Counted from the first letter of the stretch, positions 1 to 7,548 are shown. The stretch: 32,000 bases of DNA from Prochlorococcus marinus str. NATL2A (GCF_000012465.1 NC_007335.2:1080001-1112000); one strand, 5' to 3'. Program-made: numbers and translations. The notes: generated by a model from the letters alone, not told the origin.

Positions 1-405
1 CATCCAAAGAAATATTTTGACCAGATAGAGGTGTTTGGATCCATAGAGAAGCGTTCATGGATCCATGGTCCAAAGTCACCAAAAAGTTTCTTTATAAATG
101 AATCAAAATGTCCTGTAAGAAACCCCTTCGACAGAATCAATGGCTTAGTAAGGGAAGAGGGAGTAAAAATGTTTGATGGTTTGGTTTGACAGAGTTGGCA
201 TGAAGATGGAAATATTCCAAAAGAAGCTAAAGAGTGGTTTGATGCAAGAGTGGAAGATTTTATAGCTGGAACAGATATTGATCTTGTTTGTAATTGTCGA
301 AGATTTAGAGGTCAAGATGATTCTGTAGGTCTACAAGCTAAACACCCTTGCGATTGTCATGGCTATACATTGAAAAAATATATTGAATTTTTAGCTGACA
401 ATTAG
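1..405 (+). pseudogene. DUF4326-like gene, 5' end outside window, interrupted by one in-frame TGA (187-189)
   Basis: Frame 1 is open from nt 1 to TAG 403-405 except TGA 187-189. Translation is ...SKCPVRNPFDRINGLVREEGVKMFDGLV*QSWHEDGNIPKEAKEWFDARVEDF..DLVCNCRRF..HPCDCHGYTLKKYIEFLADN. It has the NPF / C-x-C / CH-x3-L layout I associate with DUF4326. Absent from the ORF track because neither half has a clean start. Confidence 0.4.
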
Positions 406-424
406 GAACAAGAATTTCCTTTGC

Positions 425-449
425 CTAGTCTTCAAGCCATAGACCACGG
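425..449 (-). repeat. C-repeat copy C6 (right half + ..cttgaagactag tail as in C2)
   Basis: Reverse complement ccgtggtctatggcttgaagactag versus C2 ggtggctttggcttgaagactag. Confidence 0.6.
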
Positions 450-561
450 ACTGACATTTTCAGGTCAGTCGAAAACAAAATCAAATCTCTGCCTATAAAG
501 GTTTCTAAAAAGGTTATCTAATAATGGATTCTCAACTGCTTTTCTTTTTTTAGTTTTAATT

Positions 562-707
562 CTGCAAAGGTCGTAATTGTCCTTTTTTGGGATAGTGAAG
601 GGAGTAAATAGCTTCATAAACCTCTTATGGCTACACCTATGGTCTACTCCTTCTTTGTTCTGGTTAGGAGTAGGAGAACACTACTAAAATGAGAATAAAA
701 GATTAAC
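562..707 (+). repeat. G-element copy G1 (~150 nt conserved non-coding; candidate RNA)
   Basis: ctgcaaaggtcg..gggatagtgaagggagtaaatag..ggtctactccttc..ttaggagtaggagaacactac..gaataaaagattaac. Truncated by C7. Confidence 0.65.
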
Positions 708-710
708 TCT

Positions 711-727
711 TTAAGCCATAGACCAGC
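711..727 (-). repeat. C-repeat copy C7 (right half)
   Basis: ttaagccatagaccagc = reverse complement of gctggtctatggcttaa. Confidence 0.55.
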
Positions 728-872
728 TTCGAACAGAAGTTGAACTAGATCTCTAGATCAGCTGGAAAGGTTTTAGGAAACTCTCATCACTTCAATCATA
801 TTTTTACAAAAACTCCATAAACTCAAAAACTTCTCAATAAGAGGATAATATTTTTAGGATTATTCTAGAAAT

Positions 873-1475
873 TTGATTTATCCAAAGACATTACAACTTG
901 AATCTGGAAGTGATCTTCTTAATAGTCTTCAAGCTCTGGCGACAAAAGAAAATAAATTAGGATATGTTTTGAGTGTAGTAGGTAATTTATCCATAGCTAA
1001 ATTTCAATGTCCGGGGAAAGGAGAAGCTACTACAATTAAAAATCATCTAGAAATAATAGGCTTGAATGGAACAATATCTCCAAACAAATGTCATCTTCAT
1101 ATAAGTCTTTCAGATGGAGAATGCAAGGTATGGGCCGGTCACCTAGAGGAGGGGACGATAATACTAAAAGGCGCTGACTTATTAATAGGATTTCTTGATG
1201 AGACTATAAGTAAAAAAGAAGTCAATACTAATCAGCAAGCAGTTGAAATATTTATACTTCCAGATTGTCCATGGTCCTCGAGAGCTGTTCGGATGCTAAG
1301 AACATTACAAATACCACATGAAATAAAAGTGATCGAAAATGATGAAGATTTTAATTCCCTTCATAAAAGAAGTAATTATTCGAGCTTTCCTCAAATTTTC
1401 ATAGACGAAGAATTTATCGGTGGCTACACAGAATTATCTGAACTTCATGCTTCAGGCAAATTAAGCAGTTTTTAA
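873..1475 (+). CDS. PPC/DUF296-like domain fused to a C-terminal glutaredoxin-like domain (CPWS site)
   Basis: 200-aa ORF with a TTG start. The N-terminal half has the PPC-type signature ..LEIIGLNGTIS..CHLHISLSDGECKVWAGHLEEG. The C-terminal half is VEIFILPDCPWSSRAV...FPQIFIDEEFIGGYTELSELHASGKL, a glutaredoxin fold pattern. Confidence 0.75.
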   Translation: MIYPKTLQLESGSDLLNSLQALATKENKLGYVLSVVGNLSIAKFQCPGKGEATTIKNHLEIIGLNGTISPNKCHLHISLSDGECKVWAGHLEEGTIILKGADLLIGFLDETISKKEVNTNQQAVEIFILPDCPWSSRAVRMLRTLQIPHEIKVIENDEDFNSLHKRSNYSSFPQIFIDEEFIGGYTELSELHASGKLSSF

Positions 1476-1542
1476 TGATGAAGAAGTTATCAAAAGGAAT
1501 AAGAAAGTTTCAGAAGAAATAGCAGCTATGGAAGTTATGCCA

Positions 1543-1612
1543 GGACTGGAGCAATATTGCAAAAAATTATGGAGCTAATCCTAATTCTGTTAGTCGGAGA
1601 TCTATGGCCTAG
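1543..1612 (+). repeat. C-repeat copy C5 (startless HTH ORF fragment ..QDWSNIAKNYGANPNSVSRRSMA*)
   Basis: Ends ..cggagatctatggcctag. An in-frame TAG lies upstream and there is no start codon. Confidence 0.6.
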
Positions 1613-2010
1613 AAAGTTTATTGATAGTCTTATCAGACTTTTTTAAAATTTTTAGAGCCTCTTTTCTTGAGGTACAAGCATCAGCCTTTGCTTGAAGTTT
1701 TAAAAGTTTGGAGTGTTGTTTTTCTAAGTTCATCCAACGATAGGATAAAAACGAAGATGGAAAGCTAACAACTTTTATCATTAACCGAGAGAGGTCTAAT
1801 CGTAAAGTTCTCTAATTTGTATATTTTGAGCAAGACAATAGAAAACCCCCTTGTTTAAAAGGGGGCTAACTAACTTTAATAGTTACTCAAAGTTCCTAAT
1901 AGTGTCTTGAAGAGGTGACGCCTAGAGTAGGAAATGAGGCTAATCAACTTTTCTGGAAGACTTTAGGTTTTGTTTATCAAAAAAAGTACAGACCTACTTT
2001 TGATGAATTT

Positions 2011-2152
2011 GCGAAGAGAGGACAGGATTTCACCGACTGTCCCCCGATCTAAACTGATTTGGTGATGCTCACGTACCACGCCATCAACTTGTTATTAGCT
2101 TAAAAAGAACTTCTCCACTCCTGATGTTCGGTTGAGGTAGGGCTTTCCAATC
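2011..2152 (+). repeat. A-element copy A1 (~140 nt, non-coding)
   Basis: gcgaagagaggacaggatttcaccgactgtcccccgatc ... gatgttcggttgaggtagggctttccaatc. Confidence 0.75.
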
Positions 2153-2312
2153 TTTGCTTGTTTTTTAAGTTGATTTCACCTATAAATTAATTGAGGCCAA
2201 GCCTCATCAAGACATAAATTGACTTCATATAGTACGAGTCAATTTAATAACCCCTTTAGTTATTGGAATTTCTAGAGGGGTTTCTTGTTTTAACTTTTTT
2301 AATTGGATCAAT

Positions 2313-2356
2313 AAAAATGGGGGCCAATGCCCCCAAGACAAATCGACTGTCAACCG
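2313..2356 (-). repeat. B-motif copy B1: TTGACAGTCGATT + GGGGGC/GCCCCC hairpin + T-run (read on minus strand)
   Basis: Plus strand: aaaaatgggggccaatgcccccaagacaaatcgactgtcaaccg. Confidence 0.65.
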
Positions 2357-2370
2357 AATTTTCACCTTAA

Positions 2371-2396
2371 CTGCTAGGTGGTGGTCTTTGGCCTAA
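2371..2396 (+). repeat. C-repeat copy C1
   Basis: ctgctaggtggtggtctttggcctaa. Confidence 0.6.
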
Positions 2397-2549
2397 ATGT
2401 ATCGAAGGATGCGGCAGCCTAAAAATACGTGCGATACAAATACATCAAGAGTTACCTCTCCACAATGGCAAAAGAACTTAAGGTTTCTTCGTCCTTGCTA
2501 ACTGTTGGCGTAAGCGTACTTCTGACGCTGGAGCAGCTACATTCTCTAA

Positions 2550-2696
2550 CTATTTAAATTCCTTTACTGGGATAGGTTTGACTTCGTTTTCGACTGACGG
2601 CTTTTGATTCATTTGTTTCCACATAGGCGAATTACTAGCCAAGAAGAAAACTCCAATAGCAGCGATAAAAGGGAATAGATTTTTAAATTGCTTCAT
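2550..2696 (-). CDS. 48-aa signal-anchored peptide, translationally coupled to the upstream gene
   Basis: MKQFKNLFPFIAAIGVFFLASNSPMWKQMNQKPSVENEVKPIPVKEFK. Its ATG (2696-2694) overlaps the TGA of the 2693..2950 gene as ATGA. Below the ORF-track size cutoff. Confidence 0.4.
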   Translation of the reverse strand: MKQFKNLFPFIAAIGVFFLASNSPMWKQMNQKPSVENEVKPIPVKEFK

Positions 2697-2950
2697 TGCT
2701 GCTGCTGTCGCTTATGAATTTCTTCCTCATAAGTGGAAACTATCTCTTTCACTTCAGCAGCATGAACGTGCTTAATTTCACCTGTATCAACATTCGCCAC
2801 TTGGAATAGTGAGGGAGCGTCTGGATCTCTAGAACCTCCAGTAAATGAAAGAACTTTGCATATTTCACTCTCGCCAACCAGAACGGTATCTCTGGATCTG
2901 ACCTTTAAAAATAGTGGCTCTTCGCATGTATCAATTTTTTTTTGATCCAT
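2693..2950 (-). CDS. small conserved hypothetical with poly-Gln C-terminus (paralog of 18665..18928)
   Basis: The track ORF is 2693..2974. I place the start at the internal Met (MDQKKIDTCEEPLFLKV...) because the paralog starts MDTPLFLKV. The two share a core ..KVL(S/T)F(T/V)GGSRDP.APSLFQ(V/I)ANVD(T/S)GEI.. and both end in QQQQ. Confidence 0.65.
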   Translation of the reverse strand: MDQKKIDTCEEPLFLKVRSRDTVLVGESEICKVLSFTGGSRDPDAPSLFQVANVDTGEIKHVHAAEVKEIVSTYEEEIHKRQQQQ

Positions 2951-2992
2951 AAAGATGGGGGCTAATGCCCCCAAGATAAATCGACTGTCAAC
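2951..2992 (-). repeat. B-motif copy B2, hairpin ends 6 nt before the start codon of 2693..2950
   Basis: Plus strand: aaagatgggggctaatgcccccaagataaatcgactgtcaac. Confidence 0.65.
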
Positions 2993-3006
2993 AATTCAAT
3001 TCTGAA

Positions 3007-3171
3007 TTAAGAATCCATTGATGCAACTTCTTCACGAAATTGCTTTTGTCTTTCTTCAAAAACTGAAGGTTTGTAAGAAGTAAATACTCCTTTTTTAAAT
3101 GTTGCAAGTTGAGCGGCATGAAGCATTTCAGCTTTCTTGATTCGCTTCTTGGTTAGGACTAGGTTGTTCAT
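3007..3171 (-). CDS. hypothetical 54-aa basic protein
   Basis: Hand-translated ORF MNNLVLTKKRIKKAEMLHAAQLATFKKGVFTSYKPSVFEERQKQFREEVASMDS, upstream of and co-oriented with 2693..2950. No homology recognised. Confidence 0.3.
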   Translation of the reverse strand: MNNLVLTKKRIKKAEMLHAAQLATFKKGVFTSYKPSVFEERQKQFREEVASMDS

Positions 3172-3310
3172 GACCTTTTCAATTACTGGAAATCCCGTTC
3201 CCTACTTCCATTTGATGCACCCCATGAGTTGAGGCGAACGTATTGATAATCTAACAAGCTAATTAGAAAGAATGAAATAATCTACGAGTACGGTTTCTTA
3301 GATAATCACC

Positions 3311-3397
3311 AGTCCATTAAATTCCCTCAACTCCCTTTATTTCATAAAGTTCATGGACGCATTATGGATGCAAAGAAAATAAGCATTAAAAAAGACA
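3311..3397. repeat. K-repeat copy 1
   Basis: agtccattaaattccc..ccctttatttca..tggacgcattatggatgcaaagaaaataagcattaaaaaagaca aligns with 28668..28755. Confidence 0.65.
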
Positions 3398-3402
3398 CTG
3401 AT

Positions 3403-3588
3403 TTAATTTGAAATCAGATATTTGATGATTGAGAGAAGTGTGATGGTAATTATTCCGTAGGTCCAAATAGAACTGCTATTTCTAGATAAGTTATCCATCC
3501 AATTTGGAAGTTCATTGTTCTCCGAGATAAACACGAAGAGGAATCCAATAATCAGGATTGGGGTAATGAAAGCAAGAATGAGGTTCAT
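3403..3588 (-). CDS. hypothetical 2-TM membrane protein
   Basis: 61-aa ORF with two hydrophobic helices (ILAFITPILIIGFLFVFI ; IWTYGIITITLLSII). Confidence 0.5.
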   Translation of the reverse strand: MNLILAFITPILIIGFLFVFISENNELPNWMDNLSRNSSSIWTYGIITITLLSIIKYLISN

Positions 3589-3708
3589 TTATCAATTTTC
3601 ATTAAAGAGATAAAGAGTTATCCACAGATACTCTGAAAAACTATTGGTTAATTTTAGCTATTACAGCCTTTTTCAATAAAAAAGACCCTAGGTATGGTGT
3701 CCTACGGC

Positions 3709-3750
3709 CTGGGTGATGGGGATACTATTTCTAGCCCCGTTTCCTCGAAG
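3709..3750 (+). repeat. I-motif copy 1 (CTGGGTGATGGGGAT + hairpin)
   Basis: ctgggtgatggggatactatttctagccccgtttcctcgaag. Confidence 0.5.
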
Positions 3751-3860
3751 AAGCAACCCCCGCCATATATGGCGCTCAATAGTGAAGTTTTGTTATGTGA
3801 ATCTTTATATGGTGTTATGAGATCTTGAAAGATTCTGAGTCCTTACTAAGGTTTCTATGA

Positions 3861-3875
3861 CTGGGTGATGGGTCT
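3861..3875 (+). repeat. I-motif copy 2
   Basis: ctgggtgatgggtct, 43 nt upstream of ATG 3918. Confidence 0.45.
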
Positions 3876-3917
3876 CAGTCCTTTGGTTCATAAAGGTCCA
3901 AGCATCGGTAACACAAC

Positions 3918-4136
3918 ATGAGGCTTGACCTTTACTTCTTTCAAATTAATTCTATGAATCTTGGATTGCTTTTTCTTAAATCAATTTCAACTGGTGTGAT
4001 TACTTCAGATGAAATGAATTGGCTAACATCAAATCAGACTCACTTTTCACGAGTTGAAGAAGCGACAGCTTTGAAGCTTGGTCGACTACTAGATCGAGGC
4101 TTAATTCAAGTTGGTTGTCGTATTGGTCACAACTAA
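3918..4136 (+). CDS. hypothetical small protein (start may be Met at 3954)
   Basis: 72-aa ORF. The hydrophilic C-terminal part ..SDEMNWLTSNQTHFSRVEEATALKLGRLLDRGLIQVG looks coding. No family recognised. Confidence 0.4.
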   Translation: MRLDLYFFQINSMNLGLLFLKSISTGVITSDEMNWLTSNQTHFSRVEEATALKLGRLLDRGLIQVGCRIGHN

Positions 4137-4239
4137 ATATTCATTCGACTACTAAAAACAGAATCAAATCAAGTCAAGCTTTGGATCAGCCCTAATTGTT
4201 TGACCTAATTTACTGCGCTGACTATCATTTTTAGCATCG

Positions 4240-4296
4240 CTGGGTGATGGGGATCAGTCAGTTAAAGTTCCTAGCCCTTTTCTTTGAGGGCTTTTT
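4240..4296 (+). repeat. I-motif copy 3 ending in a rho-independent terminator (4273..4296)
   Basis: ctgggtgatggggatcagtcagttaaagttcctAGCCCTtttctttgAGGGCTtttt. Confidence 0.5.
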
Positions 4297-4525
4297 GATT
4301 GAAGAAATATTTTCATAGACATCTATTTTCTTTAATTTCCTTTGTTCATATTATTTACTGGATGCATCACCTCTAGAGGTGGGATGGGGGAACTATCCAT
4401 CATATGAGAATCAATTCCGACCTAGTAATGCAGGTGATTATTCTTGTAGTAGGTGTTCTTCTCCTGTTTATTCTGCTTCATGAGAGCACTACGAACTAAG
4501 CAACTGTTAAGAGGTAATCTATATC

Positions 4526-4642
4526 TTAAAAATGAGCGTAAAGATCAAACAAAATACCACCAATTAATTCCCCTAATGAAAAATTAAATCCATTATTTGA
4601 TTTGGTTGGAGTAGATGTATTATGAGATTTTATAGAAGTCAT
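4526..4642 (-). CDS. 38-aa 'MTS' peptide
   Basis: MTSIKSHNTSTPTKSNNGFNFSLGELIGGILFDLYAHF. Lies 3 nt downstream of the previous MTS ORF. Hand-translated. Confidence 0.3.
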   Translation of the reverse strand: MTSIKSHNTSTPTKSNNGFNFSLGELIGGILFDLYAHF

Positions 4643-4645
4643 TAA

Positions 4646-4765
4646 TTAGCCGAATTTAGAAGCAACAAAGATAGCAAGTATGGATAGTTTTGCAGCGATG
4701 CCAAAAGCAATTACTTTTCCAAAACTTGAACCATCTCTTGTCTTAGATGTATCAGCTGAAGTCAT
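4646..4765 (-). CDS. 39-aa 'MTS' membrane peptide
   Basis: MTSADTSKTRDGSSFGKVIAFGIAAKLSILAIFVASKFG. Hand-translated. Confidence 0.3.
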   Translation of the reverse strand: MTSADTSKTRDGSSFGKVIAFGIAAKLSILAIFVASKFG

Positions 4766-4894
4766 GAGAAAGAATAAGTTGAACCTCGAGCGGTGTTAAA
4801 TCACTATTTTCTATTCCCCAAAGCTCGCCATTGTCTGAAGCTTCAAGGATGGATTCGTAAAAATCAGGTGAAAAATTTGAAGGCGTTGTTTTAA

Positions 4895-5005
4895 TTAAAC
4901 AATTACAGAAGAAGCAACATCAAAAGAACCTGATACAAGTAGAAGAGCAGGGATGCAGAAAAGAGCTAGGAACTTAGCTGCTGAAGAATTATCGATTGAA
5001 GTCAT
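4895..5005 (-). CDS. 36-aa 'MTS' membrane peptide
   Basis: MTSIDNSSAAKFLALFCIPALLLVSGSFDVASSVIV. Hand-translated. Confidence 0.3.
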   Translation of the reverse strand: MTSIDNSSAAKFLALFCIPALLLVSGSFDVASSVIV

Positions 5006-5049
5006 TTCAGGTAGGGGGTGATGATTTTTCGGTGATACAGGGGTTGCAC

Positions 5050-5122
5050 ATTCCATTCACCGATGTGACAAATATAAAAAGTAGTCTTTAAGTAGTGATG
5101 TTCGGTCGAGGTAGTGCTTTCC
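5050..5122 (+). repeat. A-element partial copy A4 (internally deleted)
   Basis: attccattcaccgatgtgac ... gtagtgatgttcggtcgaggtagtgctttcc. Confidence 0.5.
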
Positions 5123-5387
5123 ACTCCCTTCCACAAGTAAAAGGAATAGTTCAAGGTCTAGCAGGGAAGATTGACTAAATTATTTATGGTTTTATTCTCG
5201 ATCTTCTTGTTCCAATAATCGCAAATCAAAGAACATTGCGGTTAATGAAATTAAGATTAAAAATAGTCCAGGTCAGAACCAAAACCTATCTTTGCTGGAG
5301 ATGTAGTCAGCGTTGAATGGACAACACAATGAAATTACTGGTGTCAATAAGGGGCTTGAATGAAATTATTAACTGTCTGATCAATAT

Positions 5388-5480
5388 TTAATTCTGTTCT
5401 GCAGTAGACATTTCAAAGATCGAGGCAGCGCTAACAACAAAGAGTATTCCGAACATTATTCCGTGAGATGGCGTAAACAT
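5388..5480 (-). CDS. 30-aa hydrophobic peptide
   Basis: MFTPSHGIMFGILFVVSAASIFEMSTAEQN. Hand-translated. Confidence 0.25.
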   Translation of the reverse strand: MFTPSHGIMFGILFVVSAASIFEMSTAEQN

Positions 5481-5950
5481 AAGGATTCAAAAAGGTGTAT
5501 TCAAATAAGAAGTTAAAAGGGTACTTCGTTGTAGTAAAAATACGACTTTTTTTTAGGGAGTTCTGCACACTGACAGGACATACAAATCCGTTAGAAGATA
5601 GGTGTGTTTGAAAATTTGAAACTGTTTACTTTTTAAGTATTCCTAAATCAAAATGACCGATCTTTGACGTACCAAAAGTTGACAAAGAAAAACATACAAA
5701 CATGTTCAAACCATCTATCCAGCCACATGAAATCATCTAACTTTTATCTCTCATTTTTCAGCCGAAGACCACTAGAAATGAGTTTGTTTTTTGTTTATTG
5801 CGGAGCATTAGCTTGTTTCGTTAGTTCTATAGGTCATTATTAAGAAATCAAAATGAACTCTTCTAATAATTTTTTTCAAAAGCCAATAGCAATGACGTTC
5901 GCTTTTGTTGTCTGTACTTATTTAGCTGATTCTTTAGTTGGTAGCTTTGT

Positions 5951-6148
5951 ATGAAAATTCCAACTATTAGCCTTAAAAGAGCCCTTGAAGTGACAATGAA
6001 GGATGCTGTAAAAAGAATAAATGAATTAGATGGACTGAATGAAAAAGCACTTAGAGAGGAATACAAAGAATGGATTGAAGCAAGTGAAGGTAGCAAAGAC
6101 CAGCCACATGTCCTTTATGCCAATCAAATCAATATTGAAAAAAGTTAG
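5951..6148 (+). CDS. hypothetical 65-aa hydrophilic protein
   Basis: MKIPTISLKRALEVTMKDAVKRINELDGLNEKALREEYKEWIEASEG.. has a coding-like charged/helical composition. The overlapping minus ORF 5863..6096 looks like its antisense shadow. Confidence 0.45.
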   Translation: MKIPTISLKRALEVTMKDAVKRINELDGLNEKALREEYKEWIEASEGSKDQPHVLYANQINIEKS

Positions 6149-6421
6149 CTCATAAAGAAAAGATCAATAAGATACTTAATTTTAGAAAGTATCTGTAATT
6201 CAAAAGAAAACAAAACTTTTAGACAAAAGGGATTGATTGATTCATTTAAAATAAGGTAAAGAAATATTGACAGAGCATAGGAAATAGCTGATCTATACGA
6301 AGTACTACTACACTTGTTAGATGTAGGCTAAGTCAATCTTAAATTTAATACACAAATCATTTGTACATTGACAATGATTATCGTTTTAGCGAGTGTGTCT
6401 GTATCGATCCTTACTTCGACT

Positions 6422-6586
6422 ATGGATTCTTACACCAAAGATATTCATAGATATGCTTTCGCAATGTTCAAGGCTGCAAGGTCTATGCCAGCCGATCTTG
6501 TAGAAAAGCTTGATCACATTAAGCAATTAAGATTTAACGTTCAATTACAGGTATTAAGAAAAAGAATCAACAGACGTATCACCTAG
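6422..6586 (+). CDS. 54-aa basic protein, 'MDS..HRYAF' family (3 paralogs in window)
   Basis: MDSYTKDIHRYAFAMFKAARSMPADLVEKLDHIKQLRFNVQLQVLRKRINRRIT. The start is set at MDS because the third paralog (19118..19282) has no in-frame extension upstream, while the nucleotides upstream are still conserved (5' UTR). Confidence 0.6.
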   Translation: MDSYTKDIHRYAFAMFKAARSMPADLVEKLDHIKQLRFNVQLQVLRKRINRRIT

Positions 6587-6733
6587 AAATTAACTTTTTA
6601 TTCAACTTTTCGTAGTGTTCTCCTACTCCTAATATGCAAACAGAAGGATAAGACCAAAAGTCTAGCAAGGAGGGCTTGTGAAACTTTTTACTCCATTCAC
6701 CATCCTTAAAAAGGAGAATTGCGACCTTTGCAG
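6583..6733 (-). repeat. G-element copy G2 (inverted)
   Basis: The reverse complement aligns end to end with G3. Abuts the stop codon of 6422..6586. Confidence 0.7.
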
Positions 6734-6753
6734 AGTTGAGAAAACTAATGCTA

Positions 6754-6785
6754 AGAGGGGAAATAACCCCTCTTTCATTTTTTTT
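6754..6785. terminator. hairpin AGAGGGG-aaataa-CCCCTCT with flanking T-run; homolog of 18931..18956
   Basis: Followed on the plus strand by tttcattttttt. Next to it lies a decayed remnant of the poly-Gln gene end (cagcaacaaaaaatga on the minus strand). Confidence 0.6.
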
Positions 6786-6848
6786 GTTGCTGATAGTTAC
6801 TGTGTGAGTACTTCTACTGTTCAGCGGTGTAGTAATTAAATTTCTTTT

Positions 6849-7022
6849 TTAGTCAGTTTCTCTTGATCGAGTAAACATATAGTCTTCCCATGCTTCATAG
6901 TCGTGATTGCATAATGCTCTTATAGCCTGATTCTTTAAACATTCTTCGTAGTTCTCGGCTTCTTTAAGCGAGTCGAATCTTGTACCGTCAAAAGATTCGT
7001 AGATAGTAATTTCTTTGACCAC
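6849..7022 (-). CDS. hypothetical 57-aa acidic protein (GTG start)
   Basis: (M)VKEITIYESFDGTRFDSLKEAENYEECLKNQAIRALCNHDYEAWEDYMFTRSRETD. Hand-translated; only a GTG start is available. Confidence 0.3.
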   Translation of the reverse strand: MVKEITIYESFDGTRFDSLKEAENYEECLKNQAIRALCNHDYEAWEDYMFTRSRETD

Positions 7023-7076
7023 ATTTTCAAATTACCCTTCTACATCTATAAACAAATGATTGATTAATGACAAGTT

Positions 7077-7208
7077 TCAGGTGAGACCTGAAAAGAAAAA
7101 ATACCAAATAAAAACGATTGCGTTTAAGCCAAAGGTCACTGAAATCCCAATGATCTTGAATTTCCTTCCAACATCATCTGAACCAGAATTTAATTTCACA
7201 TCAGGCAT
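7077..7208 (-). CDS. 43-aa membrane peptide
   Basis: MPDVKLNSGSDDVGRKFKIIGISVTFGLNAIVFIWYFFFSGLT. Its start overlaps the end of the upstream gene by 8 nt. The longer track ORF (to 7301) overlaps 7201..7437 out of frame. Confidence 0.45.
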   Translation of the reverse strand: MPDVKLNSGSDDVGRKFKIIGISVTFGLNAIVFIWYFFFSGLT

Positions 7209-7437
7209 CGTTATTCTCATTTGATTGATTTGAGGCTTTCTCAAGGAACTCGACAAATTCTTTTTGCTTTGGAGTAAGTTCCTCTTTCTCTTTCTTCCCA
7301 TTTTTGATTAATGGATTGTTTGGGAAAAAGAATGTAACTAGTCGCCCAAAGTAAAAAGCTCCTAGTAAAACAAAACCACCACCACCCACATAAATCAGCA
7401 GGTTGCTTTGTGTAGAAGTTGCAAAAATTGGAACCAT
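7201..7437 (-). CDS. 78-aa single-TM protein with charged tail
   Basis: The TM segment LLIYVGGGGFVLLGAFYFGRLVTFFF is followed by a K/E-rich tail. Confidence 0.55.
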   Translation of the reverse strand: MVPIFATSTQSNLLIYVGGGGFVLLGAFYFGRLVTFFFPNNPLIKNGKKEKEELTPKQKEFVEFLEKASNQSNENNDA

Positions 7438-7465
7438 TAATCCTTTTTCCCGTAAACGAATATTT

Positions 7466-7521
7466 GAAAAGGACTGATCTAAATCAGCCCTTGTTATTCA
7501 GAGGGCCATCGACTGTCGACC
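7466..7521 (-). repeat. B/L-type copy: GTCGACAGTCGAT + two hairpins incl. GGGCTGATTTAGATCAGTCC + T-run
   Basis: Lies between the cupin stop (7549) and the next gene start (7437) on the minus strand. Probably also the cupin terminator. Confidence 0.6.
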
Positions 7522-7548
7522 TTCTTTATTCAATCAGAAAGCGTTTAT

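Noticed and set aside
1602-1733. 43-aa minus-strand ORF MNLEKQHSKLLKLQAKADACTSRKEALKILKKSDKTINKLSRP
   Set aside because: It is plausible as a coiled-coil peptide. However, its 3' end is made of the C5 repeat read in reverse, and nothing else supports it.
2951-2992. TTGACA within the B motif as a -35 promoter box
   Set aside because: No acceptable -10 hexamer at 16-18 nt spacing in any copy. In most copies the motif is followed directly by a terminator-like hairpin.
5863-6096. 77-aa minus-strand ORF
   Set aside because: Ser/Leu/Phe-rich composition typical of the antisense of a Lys/Glu-rich coding region. The plus-strand ORF 5951..6148 is preferred.
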